A stretch of DNA of 56,486 nt from an uncultured bacterium (lineage in GTDB: Bacteria; CAYUVA01). This document shows positions 37,002 through 46,544 of the stretch, piece by piece; position 1 is the stretch's first letter, and each line of letters begins with the position of its first letter. The notes beneath the pieces are model-generated. The model did not search any database. It was not told where the DNA came from and worked only from the letters and a program-made list of their open reading frames with translations. The position numbers and the translations under genes are program-made. The stretch lies in contig CAYUVA010000028.1 of the NCBI GenBank assembly GCA_964448115.1, forward strand, positions 1 to 56,486, read 5' to 3'.

Positions 37002-38348
37002 TTATTCTTTGTTCTTGAAGTCTATAGCCTTGACTAGCAGGTCGTGCAGCCCGACCACCTCGACATCTTCGAGATTATTATCCTCGACCACCTCCCTGAG
37101 CTGCTTCTTGCAGTTGGCGCAGGGTGCGACCACGTACTTGGCGCCGGTTTCCCTTATCTGTTGTGCTTTTATCCTGCCACCCTCTTTGGTGCGATATTTG
37201 CGTATCTCATCGATCGAGACGGTGCCTCCGCCGCCACCGCAGCAGAAGTTGTACATGCGGTTGGGCTGCATCTCCACATAATCAGCGCAGATCGCCTTGA
37301 GGATCTCCCTGGGCTGCTCGATTATCCAGCCACTGCGTGAGATATTGCAGGGATCGTGATACACCACCCGCTCCTTTATGGAGCCGGGAATGACATTGAG
37401 TTTGCCGTTCTCAAGGCATTCGAGCACATACTCCATGCAGTTGACCACCGGTGGAGCGTCCTTGCCACCGCAGAACATCGGTACGCCGAACTTGGCAGAC
37501 CTTGAGGCGTGCCCGCACTCGCCGATCATTATCTTGCGAGCATTGAGACGCTTAAGCTCGAAGACCTCGCGGGAGACGATACGATCCCAGAGCCGATCGC
37601 TATAAAAAAGCCCGTAGTTTATGCCATCGAAGTAACCAGTGCTCAGCGTCCAGGAAGCGCCTACCTCGTGCATCACCGCCAGGTTGCCGATGAGAGTATC
37701 AGCCTCCATCAGAAAATCGCTCACCGCCGGGAAAAAGACATACTCGGCATCCTCGACATCGATAGGCCACTTGGCTTTTACGCCGAACTCCTCCTCAAGC
37801 TCCTCCTCGAGGAACTCGCAGGTATCCTCAAGGGCAATAACCGGTATGGCAGAGGTATTGCCAGTCTTTCCTTCCAGTTGCTCCCTTGTCGCCACCACTA
37901 AGGCTTTGGGGGCTATGCCCAGCTCGGCGAGGATGATCCTGCCCAGGTGGGTGATCAGACCGTGGTCGATACCCATTGGACAGTCGAACTTGCAGCGGCG
38001 ACAGGCTGTGCAGTGATAGAAGCTCTCAGCCATCTCGTCGATATGGTCATCGGTGAGAGTAAAGGAGTTGTACAAGCGCGCCTTCAAAAGCCCGGAGATA
38101 GTGAAGTATCGACGGTAAACCTTCAGTAATAGCTCGGAGCGATAACATGGTATATCCTTGGGATCATTGGTATGCAAGTAGATATGACAGGCAACCGTGC
38201 AGCGGCTGCACTTGGTGCTGACCCTTGAGTAGGTGTCCAAAGCCAATCCGTAGCTCGAACTTTGCAGGATTGCCGAGAAAGCCTCAAGGAACCGCCTCGG
38301 TCTCTCCGCAAGCTCGAACGATTCGACAAAGTAGCTGTATCTGCTCAT
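37002..38348 (-). CDS. CCG-domain Fe-S oxidoreductase (HmcF/DsrK/HdrD-like)
   Basis: CTACRRCKFDCP, GECGHA, HDPCN, CCGGGGG, CANCK. Confidence 0.9.
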   Translation of the reverse strand: MSRYSYFVESFELAERPRRFLEAFSAILQSSSYGLALDTYSRVSTKCSRCTVACHIYLHTNDPKDIPCYRSELLLKVYRRYFTISGLLKARLYNSFTLTDDHIDEMAESFYHCTACRRCKFDCPMGIDHGLITHLGRIILAELGIAPKALVVATREQLEGKTGNTSAIPVIALEDTCEFLEEELEEEFGVKAKWPIDVEDAEYVFFPAVSDFLMEADTLIGNLAVMHEVGASWTLSTGYFDGINYGLFYSDRLWDRIVSREVFELKRLNARKIMIGECGHASRSAKFGVPMFCGGKDAPPVVNCMEYVLECLENGKLNVIPGSIKERVVYHDPCNISRSGWIIEQPREILKAICADYVEMQPNRMYNFCCGGGGGTVSIDEIRKYRTKEGGRIKAQQIRETGAKYVVAPCANCKKQLREVVEDNNLEDVEVVGLHDLLVKAIDFKNKE

Positions 38349-38400
38349 CTGTTTCCTCTTTTTACATAAGACTTAGCATCGTGTTTACAACACTATATTC

Positions 38401-38417
38401 AGCAAAAGTCGATCCAA
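38401..38417 (-). promoter_or_regulatory. sigma54 -24/-12 promoter of the redox operon
   Basis: Minus strand TTGGATCGACTTTTGCT (GG-N10-GC), 53 nt upstream of the start at 38348; divergent enhancer-binding protein gene. Confidence 0.7.
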
Positions 38418-38537
38418 TAAGTTTGATTCAGGGCATAAAAAATGTTGAGAAGGGAATAACTATCTAAAAATAAAGCACTTTATTCGATAAGCTAGCCTAC
38501 TTTTTCATTAAGTTGCTCCTAAAATATGCCACAGGTA

Positions 38538-38586
38538 TGTTCCAATTCTGAAACATGTCATGTTATATTGTTGCGTTGATGGAACA
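38538..38586. promoter_or_regulatory. Two candidate upstream activator sites (TGTT-N10-AACA)
   Basis: TGTTCCAATTCTGAAACA (38538-38555) and TGTTGCGTTGATGGAACA (38569-38586), 31 bp apart. Confidence 0.6.
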
Positions 38587-38606
38587 TCTAGGATAAAATA
38601 ATAATC

Positions 38607-39941
38607 ATGATAAATGAAGAGCTAGACATAAGGTACTTCCCGCTTATATTCGACAATATCCCCTACGCCATCTTCACCATCGATGGCAGCGGTAGAATAA
38701 CAGCCTTCAATCGCATGGCTGAGGAACTGACCGGTTATACCCGCCAGGAGGCGCTCGGTAAGCAGTGCTACCGCATCTTTCGCGCCGACATCTGCGAGCT
38801 TGACTGCCCGCTTAAAAGGAGCATCCGCACCGGGAAAAGAATAGAAGACCGTGAGGTCGAGATCATCACCAGCGAGGGAAGAAGAAGCTGGATTGCGATC
38901 TCCACCGCAGCATTGCTGGACGATGAGGGGCATGTAATAGGCGGTGTAGAGATGTTCCGCGACCTGTCGGTGATCAAGGAACTGCGCAGAAAGCTAAAAA
39001 GCAAGTATGTGCTGGAGGATATCATCAGCAAGAATCCAAAGATGCAGGATATCTTCAACATGCTCCCCCTGCTCGCCGCCAGCAGCAGCACAGTGCTGAT
39101 AGAGGGACAAAGCGGCACCGGAAAGGAGCTGGTGGCAAGAGCAATACATAACCTCGGATTGCGCAGGGATAAACCTTTCGTGCCGGTCAACTGCGCCGCC
39201 ATACCGGAAAACCTGGTCGAATCAGAGCTTTTCGGTTACGAGAAGGGAGCCTTCACCGATGCGAAGCAATCAAAACCGGGGCGCTTCGCTATGGCTGATG
39301 GAGGCACCTTGTTCCTCGACGAGATCAGCGAGCTTTCTATGCCGGCTCAAGTAAAGCTGTTAAGGGTATTGCAGAATAAATCTTACGAGCCGCTCGGATC
39401 CGTTAGATCCACAAAGGCGGATGTTAGAATTATAGCAGCCACAAATAGGGACCTTAATAAGGAGGTGGAGAGGAATAATTTCAGACAAGATCTTTACTAT
39501 CGTCTTAATGTCGTAAAGCTCACCATCCCCCCACTATCGGAGCGAATAGAGGATATTCCTTTATTGGTGGAACACTTTATCAACCACTTCAACAACCTTG
39601 AGGGTAGAAGAATAAGGCGCTGCTCGGAAAGGGTGATGGCTGCCCTGATGCGTTATCACTGGCCGGGCAATGTCAGGGAGCTGGAGAACGCCATCGAGCA
39701 CGCATTCGTTGTCTGCATCGGCGATACTATACAGTTGGAGGACCTACCCCAACATATCATTGAGGCTGCCTTGAAAGAGCAGGATGACTCAGCATCCAAA
39801 AACCCGTTTAGCCATGCTGAGGCTCAGATTATCCAAGAGGCGCTAAAACGGAACAACTGGCACAGGCAAAAGACCGCCGATGAGCTGGGTATCTCACGCA
39901 ATACGCTATGGAGAAAGATGAAAAAGTTCGGCATCGATTGA
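38607..39941 (+). CDS. sigma54-dependent transcriptional activator (PAS-AAA-Fis HTH)
   Basis: GQSGTGKE, ESELFG, GAFTDA, LFLDEI, WPGNVREL, LGISRNTLWRK. Confidence 0.95.
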   Translation: MINEELDIRYFPLIFDNIPYAIFTIDGSGRITAFNRMAEELTGYTRQEALGKQCYRIFRADICELDCPLKRSIRTGKRIEDREVEIITSEGRRSWIAISTAALLDDEGHVIGGVEMFRDLSVIKELRRKLKSKYVLEDIISKNPKMQDIFNMLPLLAASSSTVLIEGQSGTGKELVARAIHNLGLRRDKPFVPVNCAAIPENLVESELFGYEKGAFTDAKQSKPGRFAMADGGTLFLDEISELSMPAQVKLLRVLQNKSYEPLGSVRSTKADVRIIAATNRDLNKEVERNNFRQDLYYRLNVVKLTIPPLSERIEDIPLLVEHFINHFNNLEGRRIRRCSERVMAALMRYHWPGNVRELENAIEHAFVVCIGDTIQLEDLPQHIIEAALKEQDDSASKNPFSHAEAQIIQEALKRNNWHRQKTADELGISRNTLWRKMKKFGID

Positions 39942-39949
39942 GTAGCGCC

Positions 39950-40039
39950 TCACGCAAAGCACGCAAGGGATGTATTCCTTTTTCCCCCGTGCCTTGCTAT
40001 AGAATCCTGGTAGGGTGAGGGTATGCCCTTGTGGTTCAA
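39950..40039. repeat. Dispersed repeat pair between convergent genes
   Basis: TCACGCAAAGCACGCAAGG and inverted TGCCCTTGTGGTTCAA. Confidence 0.7.
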
Positions 40040-40047
40040 TAACCCTT

Positions 40048-41055
40048 TCATTGCTCAAGGCGAGCCTTGATATGCTCGAAGAACCAACGCTCAAGCTCAT
40101 AGACCTGCATGGCTTTGGACTCCAACAGAGAAATCATTTTGTCGCTGCCGGTCTCAGATAGCTCCCTGAAGCCATAAGCTATGTCGGTCCACAGCAGGCA
40201 AATATCGGTGATAGCCTTTTTTAGGCTGAAGTCATCGAGCCATGAACTTACAAAGGCAGTTCGATAGAAAAAGTCCCTGAACATGTTGCGAAACAATGCG
40301 CCGCCAGTTCCACGCTTCTGTATGATCTGGTAATTGAAGCGAGCGGAGAACTTCCAGTCCTTGACCTTGTGCTTCCATTGAGGCAATATCCTTGATAGGC
40401 TCAGTATCCCGCCGACCCCCATGTACTGGGTGCTTTTATCGATCATGTTGTTGCAGGTGCGCAACAGAGCCTCACTTGCCATCGCCTCAAAGGGGCGCTG
40501 CGACTCAATCGGCTCAAAGACCAGGTAATCATAATTCAAGGGAAAGGGAAAGTACTGCGAGCTGCGCGCCCTATTCAACTCCACAAGCGGCACCTCCTGA
40601 AGCTCCTCGTAGGCGTTATCGGCAATTAAAGCCGCCTCCTTTTCCTCGTCAAAGCCGACGCAGAGAATGCGGTGGGCGGTAAAGTGCGCATCGGTGTTAT
40701 AATAACCCAGATACGCAATATCGGCAATCAGGATAACCGGCTTCCTGGCAAGTAACAACTCCTTTACAGGCTGCCAGGGATCCTCGCCCTTGCGAACCAG
40801 CCTGTGATCGCAGGAGAAGCCGAGCGTTTTCGCCAGGTCAGGCTCCAGGTTGTCCAGCCTGCCGTGAATGCTGCAACTGGGAGATAGCGACTCATGGTGC
40901 ACCAACATGAAGTGAAGTCCGCTGCCCAGCCCGAAGCAGTCAGCCTCATCGAGCTGCACTCCGTAGTACCTGAGTAGGTCGCACATGGCGGTTGAGCCGC
41001 AGTGGTAGCCAACTCGATGCTCAAAGCCGGGGATGATGTATCTATTTACAGCCAT
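40048..41055 (-). CDS. BtrH-like papain-fold (C39-like) protein
   Basis: HCGST (Cys), FGLGSGL, HRILCVGFD (His), LIAD (Asp), GTGGALFR. Confidence 0.75.
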   Translation of the reverse strand: MAVNRYIIPGFEHRVGYHCGSTAMCDLLRYYGVQLDEADCFGLGSGLHFMLVHHESLSPSCSIHGRLDNLEPDLAKTLGFSCDHRLVRKGEDPWQPVKELLLARKPVILIADIAYLGYYNTDAHFTAHRILCVGFDEEKEAALIADNAYEELQEVPLVELNRARSSQYFPFPLNYDYLVFEPIESQRPFEAMASEALLRTCNNMIDKSTQYMGVGGILSLSRILPQWKHKVKDWKFSARFNYQIIQKRGTGGALFRNMFRDFFYRTAFVSSWLDDFSLKKAITDICLLWTDIAYGFRELSETGSDKMISLLESKAMQVYELERWFFEHIKARLEQ

Positions 41056-41062
41056 CTAAGCT

Positions 41063-44000
41063 TCAATGGATGCTCAGGTATGGCCAGGTCGTGCTCTGCT
41101 CGCCTGAGGTGTCGGTAGCGACAATGGTCAGTAGGTACTCCCCGCTGGGGGTAAATGCCGGGATCTGTGCCTGGAAGGTGTAGATGCTGTCCCCGGAAGC
41201 CATATCGCCATTAATACCATCATCGTTTAGGATTAAGCCAGTCGGCTGTCCGGCAAAGTATAGCTCAACACGCTGCACTGCTGCGCCGCCAGCCGTAACC
41301 ACCGCCTGGTAGGTGAGCGTTCCGCCCTGCTGGTAGGTGATGCCGGGATCGATCACTCCACCTGCCCATATTATCGGCGCTGGTGCCTTAGTGCCCCCAG
41401 TACCAATGCCCAGGATGGTCTTGAGCATCAGGTTGGAGTAGTTGTCGAATAATGGCTGGCTGCTCCCCAATGCCGCGTATCCGCTCGCCTCTATGGTGAA
41501 GTAGGGCCAGTAGGCGCTGGTTGCACCCTTTCGATCCACTGCCTGAAGCTCAAGCAGGTAATCACCCTCAGGTGCTCCAGGCGCAACCGGCAGTTGTACC
41601 ATAAATATCCCATCCCCCGCTGCCGCATCGCCGTTTTGTCCATTATCGAACAGGCTCAAGCCGGTCGCAGCGTGTTGGTAGCATACATCGATGCGCTGAA
41701 CATCAGAGATCCCATCGGTGTCCTTTGCCATGGCAGCGATGAAAAGTGTGCCACCAGCCTGGGAGGAAACATAGCTATTCAGGTAACCGGCAAGCTCGAT
41801 GGTTGGTGGATGATTAGCCTGTTGCTCCATCGGACGGGCGCTGACTATCTCGGATCCCTCGCTCTCGTGTCCGGCAGCATCATAGGAGGTAACGAAATAG
41901 TAGTAGGTGGTTCCGTTGACCACCCCTGCATCGTCAAAGTTGGTCTTATCGGTCTCGGCAATGCGCTCGTAGCCCTCGTTATACTTGATGCTGCGATAGA
42001 GCCTGTAGCCTAAAAGGTCCTGGTCGTTCACCGGATCCCAGGAAAGCTGCACCAAGCCGTCGCCTGCGTTTGCGGTCAGGTTCTCCGGCGCGGTGGGGAT
42101 GCCGTTATCCTCGGACTGAACCGGCCCAGTCTCTGAAGATGTTGTCTCATACTCCCCGTCAGAAACCCTCACCTTGTAGTAATAATCCACGCCATCTTCC
42201 ACGGTCTGGTCAATGTATTCCTCGCTTCCAGGGTTCAGGGTAGCGATGGGCAGGGATACCTGACCAGCTTTCCTGCGAAGCACCGTGTAACCGGTTACAT
42301 CGTCCTCGCCGGCTCCGTCATGGGCACTCTTCGTCCAGGTGAGAGTTATGGAGCCTCCGCTGTCATTGGGGGTATCGAAGGCGAAAAGATTTGTTACCGG
42401 CGGTGGCGGCGAGTTACCGCTCCCGCTGTTATCGACCGAGGTTACCGGTCCCACCACCTCGGAATCTGTCTTATACACCCCATCGTCAGCCTGCACCTTG
42501 TAATAATACCAGGTGCCATCGCTGGTCGTCTGGTCTTGATACCCGGATACGCCAGCTCCTACCTGTCCTATCTTGCTAAAGGCATCGCTTTCTGATTGGC
42601 TGCGCAGGATGTTGTATCCGATTACATCGTTATCGCCAGCTCCATCATCGGCTGACAAGCTCCACTCGATGGTGATGCTGCCCCCCTCGTCATCTGGAGT
42701 ATCATAAGCCTCAAGGTTCTTGGGGGCAGCCGGAGGATCATTCTCACCTGAGGACATCACAAAGTTGCCTCGTACAACCAGTGCATAAGGCTGGGCATTG
42801 GTGAACATCTCGCCGACCGGGACATTGGCGCCGGTTATAACAATGCGATAGGCTCCGCTCGGTAGGCTCTGCAGGTAAATGCACTCCACAGGATTGGTAT
42901 TGTCCGGCAAGCCACCAGCCACAGACCAGCCGCCGCTGAAACGGTTGCCGACATAAGTGGTGCTCCCATAAGTGAAGCGAAGGTCGAGATCATTGACCAG
43001 AGCCTTGCCAGCGCCTGTATTGCCATCCTTGTCAGTCCAGACCAAGGTTATATAAAGCGGGCTGTTGGAAGCGGTAACCTCAAGCTCGTAGGTATGGCTC
43101 TGGCCTGTGGCTAGCCCCACCTTGTCATCCATCACCCACAGGTTCTTTAGGTTGCCCTGGAAGTATAGGGTATTCAAAAGGTGTATCCTGCCCCATCCCT
43201 GGTTGAAGCTCGGTCTCGGATCCCCAGCCATGTTGTCGCAGGAGTTTATCAGCACCGCCTTTACAAGCGCTGCGGATGGCTCCATCGCATCATGCGGATT
43301 CTTGGTGCCGCTCGGATACCAGCCCTCGGTAAAGTACTGCCGGACGAGCAGTGCAGCTCCGGCTGCTCCGGGACAAGCCATGCTGGTGCCAGAGAAGCCG
43401 CCAACGGTGTTACAGGTTGGCGAGATGCCGTCACCACCCTTGTTCCTGGCGCTGGTTACATTCTCACCCGGAACGCAGACATCCGGCTTGATGCGCTGAT
43501 CCGGCGTGGGACCCCGGCTGGAGAAACTGGCAACCGTATTATGATTATTAGGGCGTCTAGTTGCTCCAACGGTTACTATATCCTTTGCGGTTGCTGGAGT
43601 GCCAAGTGTCCCAGCCCCGGGACCGCTATTCCCAGCAGCGAATAACACGAGAAAGGACTTGTTTCCCCACATGAAGTTATCGACGCTCTTAGCCATGCCA
43701 TCGTAGGTATTGCTGGTGCTTCCCCAGCTATTGCTGTGCACAAAAGCCCCGTCATTGAACGAATCCCCAAAGACCACCGGCAGACCAGTATTCAAGGAAA
43801 GCGTGCCTAGATAACAGTCAACATAACTGCTACCTTGAATATCGCCGAAGGTGATCCTCGCCTTGGGAGCAACGCCGTTGTATTGACTGTTGCCCCCGTA
43901 AATATCCTCGCCGGCTATGGTGCCGCAAACATGGGTGCCGTGTCCGATCGAGCAAGAATCATAGCTATTGCCCCCGTAATTTCTATAGGCTACAACCTTG

Positions 44001-44803
44001 CGATGGCTCGGTCCGGGGCTTGCATGAGCATTGTCCCTGAAGAAGCAGCTCCCGTAATCAAGACCGCTGTCCAGCACTCCGACCATCTGATCCTCGCCCT
44101 GTATCCCCTTGTCCCATAGCGGTCTGGAGTTGGTTACATTGCTCTGCACCACCCAGGTGGTCTGATTATTGAGCAAGTAAAGCTGCGGGTATAATTGCAC
44201 CCACTCCACATCGACAAGGCGAGCGATGCTGGGGATATTGGATGCCTTGGTGTATAAAACAAGGGTCCTCTGGTAGGGATTTACCATTTTGTGCTCAACG
44301 GAAATGCCCATGTACTGTAGCTTGTCTATGGTTCTCTCCACATCGGCGCCCCGGAATAGATCCACCCAAAGAAGCAGCTCCTGGCGCTTTTTATCTTCAT
44401 CGCCAATGTAAAAGTGCAGCTCGGTATCTAGCTTGTATGCCGGCTGGTACAAGCCGGTAAATACGACATAAGGAAGCGCTTGTACCATGCGTAGCTGACC
44501 AGGGGTCAAACGCAATATATAGGTATCCTCGGGAACATATCCTGCTACCAGCGTTCCGAGAGACTCTATCTCCCCGCGCTTTTGGGCAGTTATCCTGCTA
44601 TCAAGGGAAACCAGGTAATATCCATAGGGTTCGATGAATTGCCCCTGATAACCAAGCGGCTCCCAGATCGCAGGCTCATCGCCTTGAGCATCGAAGGTTG
44701 CATATCTCAGGTTGATTATCGGCTCCGCATTGCCAATGATGTAACATGCGACAGTGAACAGCAGCACCAACAAGATCTGTCTTTTAGACACATTTATACG
44801 CAT
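41063..44803 (-). CDS. Secreted S8 serine protease (KP-43-like) with FN3 repeats and tandem C-terminal WPY domains
   Basis: Signal peptide; triad VLDSG / HGTHVCG / GTSMACP; AAGN; QGWGR; LVWTD; three FN3-like repeats; two repeats ending WPYFTI and WPYLSI. Confidence 0.93.
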   Translation of the reverse strand: MRINVSKRQILLVLLFTVACYIIGNAEPIINLRYATFDAQGDEPAIWEPLGYQGQFIEPYGYYLVSLDSRITAQKRGEIESLGTLVAGYVPEDTYILRLTPGQLRMVQALPYVVFTGLYQPAYKLDTELHFYIGDEDKKRQELLLWVDLFRGADVERTIDKLQYMGISVEHKMVNPYQRTLVLYTKASNIPSIARLVDVEWVQLYPQLYLLNNQTTWVVQSNVTNSRPLWDKGIQGEDQMVGVLDSGLDYGSCFFRDNAHASPGPSHRKVVAYRNYGGNSYDSCSIGHGTHVCGTIAGEDIYGGNSQYNGVAPKARITFGDIQGSSYVDCYLGTLSLNTGLPVVFGDSFNDGAFVHSNSWGSTSNTYDGMAKSVDNFMWGNKSFLVLFAAGNSGPGAGTLGTPATAKDIVTVGATRRPNNHNTVASFSSRGPTPDQRIKPDVCVPGENVTSARNKGGDGISPTCNTVGGFSGTSMACPGAAGAALLVRQYFTEGWYPSGTKNPHDAMEPSAALVKAVLINSCDNMAGDPRPSFNQGWGRIHLLNTLYFQGNLKNLWVMDDKVGLATGQSHTYELEVTASNSPLYITLVWTDKDGNTGAGKALVNDLDLRFTYGSTTYVGNRFSGGWSVAGGLPDNTNPVECIYLQSLPSGAYRIVITGANVPVGEMFTNAQPYALVVRGNFVMSSGENDPPAAPKNLEAYDTPDDEGGSITIEWSLSADDGAGDNDVIGYNILRSQSESDAFSKIGQVGAGVSGYQDQTTSDGTWYYYKVQADDGVYKTDSEVVGPVTSVDNSGSGNSPPPPVTNLFAFDTPNDSGGSITLTWTKSAHDGAGEDDVTGYTVLRRKAGQVSLPIATLNPGSEEYIDQTVEDGVDYYYKVRVSDGEYETTSSETGPVQSEDNGIPTAPENLTANAGDGLVQLSWDPVNDQDLLGYRLYRSIKYNEGYERIAETDKTNFDDAGVVNGTTYYYFVTSYDAAGHESEGSEIVSARPMEQQANHPPTIELAGYLNSYVSSQAGGTLFIAAMAKDTDGISDVQRIDVCYQHAATGLSLFDNGQNGDAAAGDGIFMVQLPVAPGAPEGDYLLELQAVDRKGATSAYWPYFTIEASGYAALGSSQPLFDNYSNLMLKTILGIGTGGTKAPAPIIWAGGVIDPGITYQQGGTLTYQAVVTAGGAAVQRVELYFAGQPTGLILNDDGINGDMASGDSIYTFQAQIPAFTPSGEYLLTIVATDTSGEQSTTWPYLSIH

Positions 44804-44836
44804 CAGGTCGTCTCCCTTGGTTTATTAACAACTTAC

Positions 44837-44865
44837 ATTTTAGCTAAAGAACCCGGCTTGGTCAA
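44837..44865 (-). promoter_or_regulatory. Probable sigma70 promoter of the S8 protease
   Basis: TTGACC-17 nt-TAAAAT, ending 34 nt before the ATG. Confidence 0.55.
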
Positions 44866-44899
44866 ACCAGCTTGACTGGCTGTTTTTGCAAGGCTTTTT

Positions 44900-46285
44900 T
44901 CACTTCTTGCCCTCGCCACGCATGAGCGAGGCTACGGCACCGAATAATGCAACTATAGAGGCAACTATCTGGGAGATGGCTAGAGCATGGAAATCGGTTG
45001 CGGTCCAGGCATGTCCAGTAACACCACCAGCAGCCCCGAATATCGCTGTGGCGGTGGCTACGCCTATCATCATGCCCAGGTTGCGAGCAACCGACATCAC
45101 CCCCCCGGCGGTTCCTTGTTGACTTTTGGCAGCCGATCCCATCAGTGCACTGGTGTTCGGCGATATGAATACCCCGGTCCCTAAGCCTATCATTCCAAGC
45201 CAAATGGCTACCATGTATCTGCTGGTATCGGCAGCGATGCTCGATAGCCCGAAGAGTCCCGCAGCCAGGATGATCATGCCTGAAAAAGATAGGAATCGAG
45301 TACCTATCTTGTCAGACAGCCACCCTGAAGGTGATGCAACCAAAGCCATGACCAAAGGCTGAACCGACAGGAGCATACCGGTCATCGATGGGGAGATCCC
45401 CAAGCCCTCCAGCAAGTAATAAGGCATCAGTATTATCGGGATGAATAAAGAAATATAATTGCATAAGGCAGCCAGGACCGCTCCCGAAAAGACACGGGAA
45501 CGAAATAAATGGATGTTAAGAAGAGGCTGAGCCTTCTTATTCTCAATGACTACAAATAATATAAGTAATCCCATGCCTACGAGGCCAGGGGCTATGACCT
45601 TCATTGATGACCAGCCCCATTGGCTCCCTTCTGCAACTGCCATGAGAAATAACACCATGCCGGTTGCCATAGAAAGCGTCCCTGGCAGATCGAATGAGAC
45701 CCTGTCCGCCTTCTTATAGGCGGGTAAAAAGATTATCCCGCTAGCTATTACAACCACGGCAACCGGTATGTTAATGTAAAATATCCATCGCCACCCGAAC
45801 CGACCGATAATGAAGCCGGCAATCATCGGTCCCGCGGTCAAGCCTATATAAGTACTAGTTGATAAAATGCCCAGTGCACGCCCACGCTGACTGGAAGGAA
45901 ATGTAGTGGTCAACAATGCCGGACCGGTTGCCATGACCATAGCTCCGCCAATACCCTGAAAAGCCCTTGCCGCGACAAGAAACTCTAAACTGTATGATAG
46001 TCCACACATAAGCGAGGTTACGCTCAAAATAGCGAACCCATAAAGATACACCTGATTATGACCTACCAAGTCCCCCAAGCGCCCGGCAATAAGTAGCAAG
46101 ACAGTTACCGATAATAAAAACGAGAGCATCACCCACTCGGCGTGTTCAACCGAGACCCCCATCTCCTTGCCGATTCTCGGAAGCGCAACGGTTACCGTGG
46201 AGCCGGCCATGGCGCTTAATAACGTGCCAATACCAACAACTAGAAGAACGATGCCCGGCTTTTGCTTTATCTTCCCGATCTCGAT
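44900..46285 (-). CDS. MFS transporter, DHA2 (14-TM) family; start probably upstream of the ORF-track ATG at 46210
   Basis: AGRLGDLVG motif A, RAFQGIGG, GP..AG...WRWIFYINIP; in-frame upstream codons encode TM1 (GIVLLVVGIGTLLSA). Confidence 0.85.
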   Translation of the reverse strand: MEIGKIKQKPGIVLLVVGIGTLLSAMAGSTVTVALPRIGKEMGVSVEHAEWVMLSFLLSVTVLLLIAGRLGDLVGHNQVYLYGFAILSVTSLMCGLSYSLEFLVAARAFQGIGGAMVMATGPALLTTTFPSSQRGRALGILSTSTYIGLTAGPMIAGFIIGRFGWRWIFYINIPVAVVVIASGIIFLPAYKKADRVSFDLPGTLSMATGMVLFLMAVAEGSQWGWSSMKVIAPGLVGMGLLILFVVIENKKAQPLLNIHLFRSRVFSGAVLAALCNYISLFIPIILMPYYLLEGLGISPSMTGMLLSVQPLVMALVASPSGWLSDKIGTRFLSFSGMIILAAGLFGLSSIAADTSRYMVAIWLGMIGLGTGVFISPNTSALMGSAAKSQQGTAGGVMSVARNLGMMIGVATATAIFGAAGGVTGHAWTATDFHALAISQIVASIVALFGAVASLMRGEGKK

Positions 46286-46394
46286 ATGGAAACCTCTCTC
46301 GGATAAACTGGGTGTTTAGTCTCTTACACAACAACCGTCTAGTATAGAACATTGATTATTCTTGGCAAATGGTAACTAAAGAAGTGCAAAAGTC

Positions 46395-46464
46395 TCACCC
46401 TAAGACGCAAAGGCGCAAATAACTCAAGGGAACGGATTTCGCTCTTAGTGCCTCAATGGTTCAA
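46395..46464. repeat. Degenerate dispersed repeat pair
   Basis: TCACCCTAAGACGCAAAGGCGCAAA and inverted CTTAGTGCCTCAATGGTTCAA. Confidence 0.6.
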
Positions 46465-46528
46465 TAAACCTCACTAATATACAAATTAAGTACGATCCAA
46501 GAATCTTCGATCCTGTATTCTCGTAAAA

Positions 46529-46544
46529 TGTTCCATGTGGAACA
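46529..46544. promoter_or_regulatory. parS-like centromere site
   Basis: TGTTCCATGTGGAACA, one mismatch from the palindromic parS TGTTCCACGTGGAACA; intergenic, flanked by AAAA/TTTT. Confidence 0.7.

Noticed and set aside
38515-38531. TGGCATA on the minus strand as a sigma54 -24 element
   Set aside because: No GC at the required 10-nt spacing; the site at 38401-38417 fits instead
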